Source: Candidatus Aldehydirespirator sp. | GTDB taxonomy: Bacteria; Actinomycetota; Acidimicrobiia; Acidimicrobiales; Aldehydirespiratoraceae | DNA length: 64,000 nucleotides | NCBI GenBank assembly: GCA_965248735.1 | Contig: OZ252146.1 | Span: 4,120,756-4,184,755, forward strand | Direction: 5' to 3' | Part shown: positions 12,422 through 22,328 of the stretch, piece after piece | How the letters are laid out: each line of letters opens with the position of its first letter | How positions within the stretch are numbered: the first letter of the stretch is position 1 | Position numbers and translations under genes: made by a program | The notes under the pieces: generated by a model | Databases searched by the model: none | Told to the model about the DNA's origin: nothing | What the model saw: only the letters and a program-made list of their open reading frames with translations

Positions 12422-13237
12422 ATGGGTTCAGCCGACGATTTCGTTCTCATCGACCACCCGCGGCCCAGCATCGCGCTCGTCACCCTCAATCGGCCCGAGC
12501 GCATGAACGCCATGGCTTTCGACGTGATGGTGCCGCTGGCCGACGCCCTGCGCGACGTGAACAACGACAACGAAGTTCGGGCCGTGGTGATCACCGGCGC
12601 CGGCCACGGGTTCTGCTCCGGGGCCGACATGGTGAGCTCGGGCAGCCCTCCCTACATCGAGGGCCTCACCAAGGCGACCGTCGCCCACCGGGCCGCCGAT
12701 CGCCTCCACGAGGTGATCGAGCTGATCGGGGACCTCCACCAGCCGGTTATCGCGGCCATCAACGGCGCGGCCATCGGCGGCGGCCTGTGCCTGGCGCTGG
12801 CCTGCGACATCCGCGTCGCGTCGACCGAGGCCTATTTCCGGGCCGCGGGCATCAACAACGGCCTCACCGCGGCCGAATTGGGCCTCAGCTTCACGCTGCC
12901 TCGGGCCATCGGCTCGTCACGGGCCTTCGAGATCATGCTGACCGGACGGGACGTGCACGCCGAGGAGGCGGCCCGCATCGGCCTGGTGAGCGAGACGGTT
13001 GAGCCCGACGACCTGCTGGAGCGCTGCTACGGGATCGGCGCCCGCATCGCCGCGTTCAGCCGACCGGGCACCGAGCTCACCAAGCGGATGCTGTGGGCCG
13101 GGCTGGAGGCCTCGAGCTACGGCGCCCACATGCGCTCGGAAATGAACGCCCAACTGCTGGTGCGCATGACCACCCGCAACTTCGAGGAGGCCGTCCTCGC
13201 CCGCCAAGAGAAGCGCCCCCCAGTCTTCGAAGACTGA
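12422..13237 (+). CDS. Enoyl-CoA hydratase/isomerase family protein
   Basis: FCSGAD, VIAAINGAAIGGG crotonase motifs. Confidence 0.92.
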   Translation: MGSADDFVLIDHPRPSIALVTLNRPERMNAMAFDVMVPLADALRDVNNDNEVRAVVITGAGHGFCSGADMVSSGSPPYIEGLTKATVAHRAADRLHEVIELIGDLHQPVIAAINGAAIGGGLCLALACDIRVASTEAYFRAAGINNGLTAAELGLSFTLPRAIGSSRAFEIMLTGRDVHAEEAARIGLVSETVEPDDLLERCYGIGARIAAFSRPGTELTKRMLWAGLEASSYGAHMRSEMNAQLLVRMTTRNFEEAVLARQEKRPPVFED

Positions 13238-13298
13238 CCGCGCGCGCTCGTAGTGCTCTTCTGGGATAATTCCAGGAAAGTACGACGAAGGCCAGGAA

Positions 13299-15143
13299 TC
13301 AGGCGATGCCGAGTACGCGGTGCAGGCGCTTCAGGGCGGCGACCACGTCGATGCCCTGATGCCAGAGGTCGCTCACCCCGCCGGCTCGCAGTTGGTGGAG
13401 CAAGTCGGCGGGTGTGTCGGTGTGGCAGACGACGGCCACGAACGCTGCTCCCGCCTCGGTGAGGGCGCAGGCCGTGGCCGGACCTCGCCGGCGGTACCAG
13501 TCGTCCGAGCCCGTTATCACCGCCGCGGCCAGGCCCGAAGCCGCGCAGTCGGCCGCGGCCGCGATGGGCGAATCGACGCCTTCTCCGCCGCGGGCCTCGA
13601 TGCCGCCTGCGGCCAGCAGGTTCTGCGCCCAGGCAGTGCGGTCGGAGTGGGCCGCAGCCGGCCCCAGGGCAGTGACCCACACCGCGGAACGCTCGCCGGT
13701 GGCGAGCCGGTGGCGGTCGGCGACGTCACGGAGATCCTCGAAGGGCTGGGCCAGCCGCCTGACCGGCAGCCCCCTCGCCGCGGGCGCGGCACGGTCGTCG
13801 GCGTCGGGCGCGGCGACTGCGTCCTCTAGAAGGGGGTACTCGCTTACGCCCGTGAGCGGCTCGCGGCGGGTGCTCAGGGCAGCGAGGCGTGTCGCCCACC
13901 GGTTCTCGATGGCCGCCTCCAGCGACGCGTCGGCCGTCACGGCTCCGATCCCCCCGGCGGCCTCCGTGGACTGCAGGATCCCCCAGCCGGCCTGGGCCAG
14001 TTCGTCGGTGAGCGACTCCACGTAGAACGACCCGCCGGCCGGATCGCCCGTGCGGGCCATGTGGGACTCCTCCAGCAGCAGCAATTGGGTGTTGCGGGCC
14101 AACCGGCGTCCGAGCACGCCGTCGGTGTCGACAGCGCCCGTCGCGTGGTCGAAGGGCAGCACGGTCACCGCGTCGGCGCCGGCCACACCGGCGGCCAGCG
14201 CAGCCGCGGCGCCCCGCAGCAGGTTCACCCACGGATCTCGCCGGCTGTACATGCAGGCCGCGGTCACCGCGTGCTGGTACTGGCGGGCCGCCTCCGGCGA
14301 GCCGCCGCTGGCCGTCACCACCCGGGCCCACATCACCCGGGCGGCCCGCAGCCCGGCGATGGTGACGAACTGGTCGGCTGTGGCCGCCAGCCGGAAGCCG
14401 ATGAGCTTGGCGGCGGCGTTCACCGGGAGTCCGGCCTCGACCAGCGCACGCAGGTACGCGACCCCCGTCGTCGTCGCCCACCCCAGGGCTTGAGCCTCGG
14501 TGGCGCCGGCGTCGGCGTACCGGGTGGCGTCCACAGTGAACGCCCTGACGGCTGGACCGAGCGTGTCGGCCGCCGTCGCTATTTGCATTCCGCCCCGCAC
14601 GGCTGCCTCAGCAACACGTTTGCCCGATCGGGCCCACTCCCCCAGCGGATCGAGGCCGAGTGAACTGCCCGCAGCGAGCACCGAACCCCGGCGAAGCGCC
14701 AACGCGCCGAGGGCTCGTGCTGCATCGGTGTAGGCATGGGGCGCCAGGGCAACCGGAGTCTGGGACAGATCCACATCGGAGAGCACGCGGTCCAGATCGG
14801 CAGCGGTGGTATCCGGCGCCGTTTCGAGTTCCAAGGAGGTCGCGCCACCGGCTAGGTCGTCCTTGATCTGCATCCGCAGCGCGTCCAGATCGCCCCCACC
14901 AGCACCCACACCCGAAGCAAGAACGTGGACGGCGCGAATGTCCCAGCCCTTCTCGGATCGCCTCGGATCCGCCGCGGCCGCATTCGCCGCAGGCCGATCC
15001 GGTCCGTCGGTGTAGAGCAATTGCACCTCGATGCCGTCGCGAGTGACGCTGGACAGCTCGTCCACCCCCCGGCCCCGCAGCAACTGCTGTACCAGAGCCA
15101 TCCAGTCGTCGGAGCTGACAGGCGACCAGCCTTGCGTGCTCAT
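13299..15143 (-). CDS. mutA: Methylmalonyl-CoA mutase small (beta) subunit-like protein
   Basis: RDPWVNLLR, RRLARNTQLLLLEESH, DPAGGSFYVESLT, LTGVSEYP motifs; no DxHxxG B12-binding motif seen. Confidence 0.85.
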   Translation of the reverse strand: MSTQGWSPVSSDDWMALVQQLLRGRGVDELSSVTRDGIEVQLLYTDGPDRPAANAAAADPRRSEKGWDIRAVHVLASGVGAGGGDLDALRMQIKDDLAGGATSLELETAPDTTAADLDRVLSDVDLSQTPVALAPHAYTDAARALGALALRRGSVLAAGSSLGLDPLGEWARSGKRVAEAAVRGGMQIATAADTLGPAVRAFTVDATRYADAGATEAQALGWATTTGVAYLRALVEAGLPVNAAAKLIGFRLAATADQFVTIAGLRAARVMWARVVTASGGSPEAARQYQHAVTAACMYSRRDPWVNLLRGAAAALAAGVAGADAVTVLPFDHATGAVDTDGVLGRRLARNTQLLLLEESHMARTGDPAGGSFYVESLTDELAQAGWGILQSTEAAGGIGAVTADASLEAAIENRWATRLAALSTRREPLTGVSEYPLLEDAVAAPDADDRAAPAARGLPVRRLAQPFEDLRDVADRHRLATGERSAVWVTALGPAAAHSDRTAWAQNLLAAGGIEARGGEGVDSPIAAAADCAASGLAAAVITGSDDWYRRRGPATACALTEAGAAFVAVVCHTDTPADLLHQLRAGGVSDLWHQGIDVVAALKRLHRVLGIA

Positions 15144-15267
15144 CTCACCATCACCTCGCAGCCCGTCCAGTGATTCTCATCGTGACAGTCGGTCCACTGG
15201 AACCGATCCACTGCAACCGACCAATGGCGCGAACCTTGTCCGAAAGGGGCAACCGCCTGGGCCGTTG

Positions 15268-16065
15268 TCACATCGTGAAGCGGAGGCTGCGGGCCGCGTG
15301 CTCGCCCCAATGCGCGTCGCCGCTCCAGGAGATGGAGCCGTCGTCGATCTTGGACTGGGGGTCGATGCGCCCGCAGGCCAGCATGATAAATGTGGTCGAG
15401 TCTGCGGTGAGCACCACGTCGGGCGAGTCCAGAGAGGCGGGGTCGACGGCCTTGGCCCTGCCGTCAACCACCACGGCGAGCTTGCGCTCGACCGGTCCGG
15501 TTATGTCGGCCCGCAGGCTCATGCCCTCGGGAAGGCCCACCTTCTTGCCCATGATGTAGCCGATCGAGCCCTCGACCTGGTCGAGGGTGATCTCGGCGGT
15601 GGGGCCGCTGTCGTCGGTGGCCCGTCCCAGCGGGATGGTGCAGTCGCGCACGTGCACCCACATATCGAAGATGCGGATCGCAAGGAAGCCGCCGTAGCTC
15701 TGCACGCCCACCGGCGTGAACGACGGGCGGCCAATGTCTTCGTCGCTGAACCCGGCCAGATCGGCCCGCCGGGCGTCGAAGATCTTCCCCACGCGGGCAC
15801 CGAACTCGGCCGCGGACATGCCCGCGGAGGCGTCGGTGAGAGCCTGCATCTTCTCGAATGGCGGCATGTTGTCGGTGCTGATCTCCCAGCCCGCGATCAC
15901 GTCCTCCACGCCCACGGCGTGGCCCAGCGCCTGGCGCACCGTCCACGCCGGGCACAGCGACTGCACCGTCCATTCGTCGTCGGATAGGTCGGCGCACAGG
16001 GCGGTAATCTCCGAGAAGCAGGCCTCTGTGGTGTCGATCAGTTGCTGGCGGGAGTAAGAATGCAT
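15268..16065 (-). CDS. Maleylpyruvate isomerase-like mycothiol-dependent enzyme with C-terminal SCP2-like domain
   Basis: SLCPAWTVRQALGH and DMWVHVRD DinB-fold motifs; ISWSGD C-terminus. Confidence 0.8.
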   Translation of the reverse strand: MHSYSRQQLIDTTEACFSEITALCADLSDDEWTVQSLCPAWTVRQALGHAVGVEDVIAGWEISTDNMPPFEKMQALTDASAGMSAAEFGARVGKIFDARRADLAGFSDEDIGRPSFTPVGVQSYGGFLAIRIFDMWVHVRDCTIPLGRATDDSGPTAEITLDQVEGSIGYIMGKKVGLPEGMSLRADITGPVERKLAVVVDGRAKAVDPASLDSPDVVLTADSTTFIMLACGRIDPQSKIDDGSISWSGDAHWGEHAARSLRFTM

Positions 16066-16123
16066 GGGCCAAGCATGACGCCGACCGAGCCGTGACCGCA
16101 ACGCCTAACGGGAGAATGTCCGA

Positions 16124-17350
16124 ATGACTGCCACCGACGCGCCCCCCGATACCGGAGCAGAGACCCGCATCGTCGACGAAGCCATCGACGCCCTGCTGGC
16201 CGAGCACGACCCCGCCAACGAGACCCGGATCGAGTTCCGCGGCCACACCTACGATGCCGGCCTGGCCTGGGTGCACCACCCGCCGGGCTTCGGCGGCCTC
16301 GGCCTGTCGCGCCGGGCACAACGCGTGGCGGACCGCCGCCTGCGGGACGCCGGGGCGCAGCCCGCCGACCCGTCGACGTTCTTCTCGGCGCTGATCGGCC
16401 CGACCATCCTCACCCACGGCACCGACGAGCAGAAGCGCCGCTACCTGCGGCCCATGTTCACCGGTGAGGAGCGCTGGTGCCAGCTATTCAGCGAGCCCGG
16501 CTCCGGCTCGGATTTCGCCGGGCTGGGCACCCGGGCCGTGCGCGACGGCGATGAGTGGGTGGTCAACGGCCAGAAGGTGTGGAACACGCTGGCGCACATC
16601 GCCGATCTGGGCATGCTCGTGGCCCGCACCAATCCCGAGCTTCCCAAGCACAAGGGCCTCACCTACTTCGCGCTGGACATGCGCGCCCCCGGAGTGGAGG
16701 TGCGCCCGCTGCGCCAGATCACCGGCGAGGCCGAGTTCAACGAGGTGTACATGACCGACGCGCGGGTCCCCGACTCCGCCCGGATCGGCGCCGTCGGCGA
16801 GGGCTGGAGAGTGTCGCTCACCACCCTGATGAACGAGCGGACGGCGATCGGCGGCGCGGTGGGCGGCGCCACCACCGCCCGGGCGGGCCCCGTGGCCGGC
16901 TTGGTCGAGGCCTACCGCAACATGGACCCGGCGGTGCGCACCAAGGCCCACCGCGACGAGGTCATGCAACTGTGGGTGCGGGGCGAGGCGCTGCGGTTCA
17001 CCAACGCCCGGGCCGCGCACAACGCCCGCTCCGGCAACCCCGGCCCCGAAAGCTCGGTGAGCAAGCTGATGCTGGCCGAGTTCAACAAGGACCTCACCGC
17101 CAAGGTGGTCGACCTGGAGGGCCCGGCCGGGATGGTGGACTACGACTACGAGTTCCGCCGCCCGACTGAGATCTCCCTGGACGGCAAGTTCGGCGACACC
17201 CACCACGGCTTCCTGCGGGCCAGGGCCAACTCCATCGAGGGCGGCACCAGCGAGATCATGCGCAACATCCTGGGCGAGCAGGTTCTGGGCCTGCCGGGCG
17301 AGCCCAGGGTGGACAAGGCGATCCCCTGGCGCGACGTTCCCAGGAACTAG
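16124..17350 (+). CDS. Acyl-CoA dehydrogenase
   Basis: WCQLFSEPGSGSD, NGQKVW, FNEVYMTD, NSIEGGTSEI motifs. Confidence 0.93.
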   Translation: MTATDAPPDTGAETRIVDEAIDALLAEHDPANETRIEFRGHTYDAGLAWVHHPPGFGGLGLSRRAQRVADRRLRDAGAQPADPSTFFSALIGPTILTHGTDEQKRRYLRPMFTGEERWCQLFSEPGSGSDFAGLGTRAVRDGDEWVVNGQKVWNTLAHIADLGMLVARTNPELPKHKGLTYFALDMRAPGVEVRPLRQITGEAEFNEVYMTDARVPDSARIGAVGEGWRVSLTTLMNERTAIGGAVGGATTARAGPVAGLVEAYRNMDPAVRTKAHRDEVMQLWVRGEALRFTNARAAHNARSGNPGPESSVSKLMLAEFNKDLTAKVVDLEGPAGMVDYDYEFRRPTEISLDGKFGDTHHGFLRARANSIEGGTSEIMRNILGEQVLGLPGEPRVDKAIPWRDVPRN

Positions 17351-17367
17351 CAGAGATAGCTCAAACC

Positions 17368-18228
17368 ATGCCTATGCCGACCGATGTGGGGATCGTCGAC
17401 ACGATGATCGGCTTTCCCGCCAAGGACTTCGAGCACTACGAGTTCATTCGCAAGCAGCTCAAGGACGCCGAGTCGGCCGACTTCGACTTCCCAGTGGAAT
17501 ACATGTTCAAGGGCGTGCCCAAGGAGAAGTACGGCGCGGACGACCCCATCGCGCTGACGCTGGGAGAAATGGACGCCCACGGCGTCGAGTTCGGCCTGAT
17601 CGGCTGCGAGGGCGAGGTGAACCGCAAGGCCCTGGCCGACCACTCCGACCGATTCGTGGCCACCTGCCAGATCGACGCCAACGACGTGATGGGCGCGGTG
17701 CGCAAGATCCGCCACTGCAAGGAGACCTACGACATCCGGGCGGTGGGCACGTTCCCGGCCGGGTGCTTCCCGCAGATCCCCATCGACGACCCCAAGTGGT
17801 ATCCGGTCTACGCCACCTGCTGCGACCTCGACATCCCCGTCTTCGTTTGCGCGGGCGTGCCCGGCCCCCGGCTGCCCATGGACTGCCAGCACGTGGAGCG
17901 CATCGACCGGGTCATGTACGACTTCCCCGAGCTCACCCTGGTCACCCGCCACGGCTGCGAGCCGTGGGAGGGCCTAGCCGTGAAGCTGATGCTGAAGTGG
18001 CCCGGCCTGCACTACTCCACCTCTGCGTTCGCCCCCAAGCACTATCCCTCCGCCATCATCGACTACGCCAACACCCGGGGCGCCGACAAGATCATGTACG
18101 CCGGCTACTTCCCGATGGGCCTGTCGCTGCAGCGCATCATGACCGAGATGCCCAACGTCGCCTTCCGCGACGAGGTCTGGCCCAAGTTCCTGCGCCACAA
18201 CGCCGCCCGAGTCCTCAAGATCACCTAG
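17368..18228 (+). CDS. Amidohydrolase family protein
   Basis: Actinobacterial Amidohydro_2 pattern (LVTRHGCEPW, KIMYAGYFP, WPKFLRHNA). Confidence 0.8.
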   Translation: MPMPTDVGIVDTMIGFPAKDFEHYEFIRKQLKDAESADFDFPVEYMFKGVPKEKYGADDPIALTLGEMDAHGVEFGLIGCEGEVNRKALADHSDRFVATCQIDANDVMGAVRKIRHCKETYDIRAVGTFPAGCFPQIPIDDPKWYPVYATCCDLDIPVFVCAGVPGPRLPMDCQHVERIDRVMYDFPELTLVTRHGCEPWEGLAVKLMLKWPGLHYSTSAFAPKHYPSAIIDYANTRGADKIMYAGYFPMGLSLQRIMTEMPNVAFRDEVWPKFLRHNAARVLKIT

Positions 18229-18263
18229 CAGGGCGCCAGGCCGCCTGCTGCGAGACTGCCGAT

Positions 18264-18632
18264 ATGGTGACTTTCGACGAGGTGCGGCGACTGGGGCTGC
18301 GGCTGCCTGAGGTGACCGAGTCGACCTGGTACGGCACGCCGGGGCTGAAGGTTCGCAACAAGGGCTTCTGCCGCCTGTGGGGCGAGCGCGAGCATCGACG
18401 CGACCAGGTGCACGACACCGAGGTACTGGTGGTGTTCTGCGAGCTGGAGATGAAGCCGGTGCTGCTCGAGAACCATCCCGATGTGCTGTTCACCGCGGCC
18501 CACTACGACGGCTACGGCGCGGTGCTCGTCCGGCTCGCCGACGCCGGCATCGACGACGTCGCCGACTGGCTCGAGGACAGCTACCGGCGGGTGGCGCCGG
18601 CCCCACTCATCCGGCAGCTGGACAGCCGCTGA
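18264..18632 (+). CDS. MmcQ/YjbR family DNA-binding protein
   Basis: LRLPEVTESTWYGTPGLKV...HYDGYGAVLVRL...WLEDSYRRVAP; ATG at 18264 inside the longer listed ORF. Confidence 0.85.
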   Translation: MVTFDEVRRLGLRLPEVTESTWYGTPGLKVRNKGFCRLWGEREHRRDQVHDTEVLVVFCELEMKPVLLENHPDVLFTAAHYDGYGAVLVRLADAGIDDVADWLEDSYRRVAPAPLIRQLDSR

Positions 18633-18772
18633 CCACGCCCAGACAGGTCATGGTCCTCTAGAGAGATGAGCGCCCGGTTGCTGATGCTCGCGACCACCCA
18701 CAAACTCGAGGAGATCGTCCTCCCGGCAGGAGAATCGCGCCGTCACTGAGGCCATCAACGAACGTACCGGGA

Positions 18773-18828
18773 GTTCTCAGAATATGAAATTAGTTTTAGC
18801 TCATCGCAATTCCGATGCAAGGCTATAA
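18773..18828. repeat. Left flank of AlbA_2 cassette: 11-bp inverted-repeat arm plus 37-bp imperfect direct repeat
   Basis: GTTCTCAGAAT (18773-18783) is the reverse complement of ATTCTGAGAAC (20580-20590). AGTTTT...GCAA...CAAGGCTATAA (18792-18828) recurs at 20543-20580. Confidence 0.7.
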
Positions 18829-20541
18829 ATCAAACTTGCGTACCAGGTCTTCGAAGAAGGGCCCCGGTCCATACTCGACCGCTGGGCCTCGGCTTGAGTC
18901 GCTGGTGCGCTCCAACGTCATCACCCGCACCAAGTCCCGCAGGATCGCCGAGGCACGCGGAGTGCCGACATTGAACAGGCTCCGCACGTCAGCGTTGGTG
19001 ATGCGCCCATGTTCTGACACGTAAGCGACCACTTTCTCTGCTATATCGCGTCTGGTGTGGCGGCGACGCACCACCGCCGAGGCAAGCCCAGAAGAGGTGG
19101 CACCAGTCAGTCGATAGCGCACGCGAGATGTGCTCGCGGACGCGTGCAGCGGCTCAATGAGCGGATCAGGTCCCTCGGACATTCGCCGCAGAGAACTCGC
19201 GGTCCCGTCGACCGACCGTTGAAACAGCGGCGCCATGTCCGCTGACGAGGTGCTGTTGGCCTCGCAAAGGCGTCTCAGCACAAGCAGTGCCTCGACATCG
19301 TCACGCAGCGGCTCGTCCATAGAAGCGACGAACCGGGCGAAGGCAATGACCGCGCTACCGCCAACCAACGACACCCGAACCGATTCTGCCGAAGTCTGGT
19401 ACGACGGAGGTGGTTTGCCGAGGCGCAGCATCGACCTGTACATCCGACCGACTCCAGTTCCCAGTTCCTCGATCAGGCCGAGGCTGCGGAACGCTTGCGC
19501 CAGTAGCCGGTTGCGGGGCCTCGAAGCAGCCGTCAGGATGTTGTCGACGGTCACGCCGCTCACAAGAGCCCCCATGGAGGTTATGGAGAGCGAATCGTCA
19601 AAATGCTCGACATGCACCGGGTCGGCGAGGTCGAGCCTCCGATGCACAAAGGCATTGGCGAGCGCCTCCCGTACAACATCGTCGGGATACCACTGAAGCC
19701 TCAGTTGTTGTCCGCTGCGCAGCAGAAGAGGATCCCAGCCGTTGCGTGCGGTGACGTGTTCTAGTGTGCGACTGAAGGCTGTCACGAGAGGCATCGCCAA
19801 CCGCTGGCTGGCGTCGACGGGGGATCCAGCACTGGCTCGATGCTGGTAGACGACGGCCTCGTTGCTGCCAGCGCAAAAGATCTGTTCTCCGGCGACCAAT
19901 AGCTCACCGTCATCGGTCGCTACGCCCATGGCCCTGCATAGCTCAGAGCTGGACAGGTCAGCCCAGCGGGCTTGCTCGTCGGTGAGTTGCCGGAGATGGC
20001 GCCGGGCCAGAGCTATGGCTACAGGATCGACCTCGTCTGCCGACCGTCCGCTCCGCACCTCCGACGGGTCGCGGCCAGCGCGCTCGTCGTGGAGTGCGGC
20101 GACCTGGTCGGGGGCCAGCGGCATGCATGAGCGCCCTATGCGCCTAGTCACCTTTCCGGCTAGAGCGTGGACAGTCGCTCCCGCCGGCACTCCGACGAGA
20201 ACAAGTCTCGCGCCGTGGTGCAGGTGCTCCGCAACCGTGACCGTTAGGCCAGGAGTCAGTGAGTCGAAGATGTAGCGACGGGCCTCATGGAGATCGAGGG
20301 TGGTGCCTGAGACTGCGTTGCCACCGGTGAGAGCGTTCTCCACGCCGAGCACGACCGTCCCGCCGCGACTGTTGGCTAGGCACATGGCGGCCTCGGCCAC
20401 CTTGCTCAGCGTCTTGCGGTGGCCGCCCTGCTCCGACTTGAATTCCATCGTCTCCGACTCCAAGTCGCTCGGCCGCACCTGTCCTCGATCAATTTGATCG
20501 AGGGCATTGGTTACTTCCGTCAGAACCGGGAACCAGGCCAC
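18823..20541 (-). CDS. Schlafen/AlbA_2 + HATPase_c-like + C-terminal HTH protein
   Basis: ESETMEFKSE and CLANSRGGTVVLGV (AlbA_2); VVREALANAFVHR and RPRNRLLAQAF...IEELGTGV (HATPase_c_4-like); ITNADVRSLFNV HTH; codon usage differs from neighbours. Confidence 0.85.
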   Translation of the reverse strand: MAWFPVLTEVTNALDQIDRGQVRPSDLESETMEFKSEQGGHRKTLSKVAEAAMCLANSRGGTVVLGVENALTGGNAVSGTTLDLHEARRYIFDSLTPGLTVTVAEHLHHGARLVLVGVPAGATVHALAGKVTRRIGRSCMPLAPDQVAALHDERAGRDPSEVRSGRSADEVDPVAIALARRHLRQLTDEQARWADLSSSELCRAMGVATDDGELLVAGEQIFCAGSNEAVVYQHRASAGSPVDASQRLAMPLVTAFSRTLEHVTARNGWDPLLLRSGQQLRLQWYPDDVVREALANAFVHRRLDLADPVHVEHFDDSLSITSMGALVSGVTVDNILTAASRPRNRLLAQAFRSLGLIEELGTGVGRMYRSMLRLGKPPPSYQTSAESVRVSLVGGSAVIAFARFVASMDEPLRDDVEALLVLRRLCEANSTSSADMAPLFQRSVDGTASSLRRMSEGPDPLIEPLHASASTSRVRYRLTGATSSGLASAVVRRRHTRRDIAEKVVAYVSEHGRITNADVRSLFNVGTPRASAILRDLVRVMTLERTSDSSRGPAVEYGPGPFFEDLVRKFDL

Positions 20542-20542
20542 G

Positions 20543-20590
20543 AGTTTTATTCTATCAGCAAGTGTTCATCAAGGCTATAATTCTGAGAAC
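20543..20590 (-). promoter_or_regulatory. Right flank repeat containing an extended -10 (TGATAGAAT) 7 nt before the GTG start; leaderless-type promoter
   Basis: Minus strand TGATAGAAT at 20557-20549, then AAAACTC, then GTG 20541; overlaps the direct and inverted repeats. Confidence 0.55.
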
Positions 20591-20651
20591 CTCGGACTAG
20601 AACCATTTCAGCCGTCAGGTGGGGCTCGCGCTGACGCTCGCGGCTGGATGT

Positions 20652-22205
20652 CTAGATGCGGCGGTCTTGGTCTTGCCAGTACTCGTCGCGCAGGAGGCGC
20701 TTGTAGAGCTTGCCCGTCTGGTCTCGGGGCAGCTCGGAGCGGAAGTCCACCGTGCGGGGGCACTTGACCGACGCCAAGTTGGCCCGGCAGTAGTCGATCA
20801 GCTCGCGCTCCACGGCGGCCGCGGCCTCGTCGCCGGCGGGCATCTCCATCGGCTGCACCACCGCCTTGACCACCTCGCCCAGGTCGTCGTCGGGCACGCC
20901 GATCACAGCCACATCCAGCACCGCGGGGTGCATGGTCAGCAGGTTCTCGGCCTCTTGGGGATACACGTTCACCCCGCCCGAGATGATCATGTGGGCCTTT
21001 CGGTCGGTCAGGTACAGGAACCCGTCGGAGTCCACGCGGCCGATGTCGCCGATGGTGGACCAGCCGTTGGGCAGCCGGGAGCTGCTCGTCTTCTCCTCGT
21101 CGAGGTGATACTCGAAAGAGTTCCCTCCGCTGAAGTACACGACGCCCTCTTCCCCGACGGGGACCTCCTCTCCGGTGGCCTCGTCCACGATGTGGACCTC
21201 ACAGTTGATGGGAGCTCCCACGCTGCCCTCATGCGCCAGCCACTGTTCGCTGTCGCAGAAGCAGAACCCGTTTCCCTCGGTGCCGGCGTAGTACTCGCTG
21301 ATGATCGGCCCCAACCAGTCGATCACCTGGCGCTTGGCCTCCACCGGGCACGGGGCGGCCGCATGCAGCACGCTGGTCAACGACGACACATCGTGGGCTA
21401 GCCGCCGCGCGTCGGGCAGCTTCAGCATCCGCACGAGCATGGTGGGCACCACCTGGGTGTGGGTCACCGACCAGCGCTCGACGGCGGCGAGGAACTCCTC
21501 GGCGTCGAAGCGCTCCATCACCACCGCGGTGGCGCCGATGATCTGGGCGGCCATCGTGAACCGCAAAGGTGCGCCGTGGTACATGGGCGCCGGCGACAGA
21601 TACACCGACTCGTCTGACATGGCCAGAAGCAGCACGCACATCATGGCCACCACCGACTGCACCTCGTCCAACGGCAACGGTTGATGATCGGTCAGCACAC
21701 CCTTGGGGCGGCCGGTAGTGCCGGAGCTGTACAGCATGTCGACGCCGGCCACCCGCTCGTCCAGCGGCTCCGGCGACGCCGCGGCCACGGCCTGCTCGTA
21801 GCTCTCATAGCCGCCCACGACACCATCCATCATCAGCCTTAGACCGACCGACGGCATCCTGTCGACCAGCTCCGCGGCCTGAGCGGACTTGCAGCGGGAC
21901 GTCACGAACGCCTGGGCGCCGCTGTTGTCGACGATGTAGGCGATCTCGTCGGTGGTCAGGCGGCTGCTGATCGGCGTGTAGATCAGCCCGGCGTAGTACG
22001 CGCCCCAGGCCAGCGACAGGAAGTTGCGGTGATTCTCGAGGCACCAAGCCACATGGTCGCCGGGAACCAGGCCCGCCTCGCGGAACACCCGCGAGACGCG
22101 GCTGGCCTCGGCGTCGAGCTGGGCATAGGTGATCATCTCGCCCGAGCCGGCCATGATGAGAGCTGGCTTGTCGGGACTGGCGGCGGCGTGCACTCCGGGA
22201 TACAT
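20652..22205 (-). CDS. Acyl-CoA synthetase (AMP-forming)
   Basis: YSSGTTGRPKG, YYAGTEG, GDIGRVD, IISGGVNVYP, KLYKR motifs. Confidence 0.93.
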   Translation of the reverse strand: MYPGVHAAASPDKPALIMAGSGEMITYAQLDAEASRVSRVFREAGLVPGDHVAWCLENHRNFLSLAWGAYYAGLIYTPISSRLTTDEIAYIVDNSGAQAFVTSRCKSAQAAELVDRMPSVGLRLMMDGVVGGYESYEQAVAAASPEPLDERVAGVDMLYSSGTTGRPKGVLTDHQPLPLDEVQSVVAMMCVLLLAMSDESVYLSPAPMYHGAPLRFTMAAQIIGATAVVMERFDAEEFLAAVERWSVTHTQVVPTMLVRMLKLPDARRLAHDVSSLTSVLHAAAPCPVEAKRQVIDWLGPIISEYYAGTEGNGFCFCDSEQWLAHEGSVGAPINCEVHIVDEATGEEVPVGEEGVVYFSGGNSFEYHLDEEKTSSSRLPNGWSTIGDIGRVDSDGFLYLTDRKAHMIISGGVNVYPQEAENLLTMHPAVLDVAVIGVPDDDLGEVVKAVVQPMEMPAGDEAAAAVERELIDYCRANLASVKCPRTVDFRSELPRDQTGKLYKRLLRDEYWQDQDRRI

Positions 22206-22328
22206 CGGTCCCGACGCTAGCCCGCCGCTGGGATCTCGCGTCCCCGCCGCCCCGGCCTCGACAACACCTCCTGCAGGCCCCGGCGGACAGGCAGAGCGCG
22301 GCGAATCTGCGTCCCCAAGACCTCGGGC

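Noticed and set aside
15144-15267. Cobalamin riboswitch upstream of mutA
   Set aside because: CAGTGGA repeats and a hairpin are present, but the GGGAA / GCCACTG core is not in the sense orientation.
18666-18749. 27-codon ORF beside the AlbA_2 cassette
   Set aside because: Too short, with no recognisable motif.
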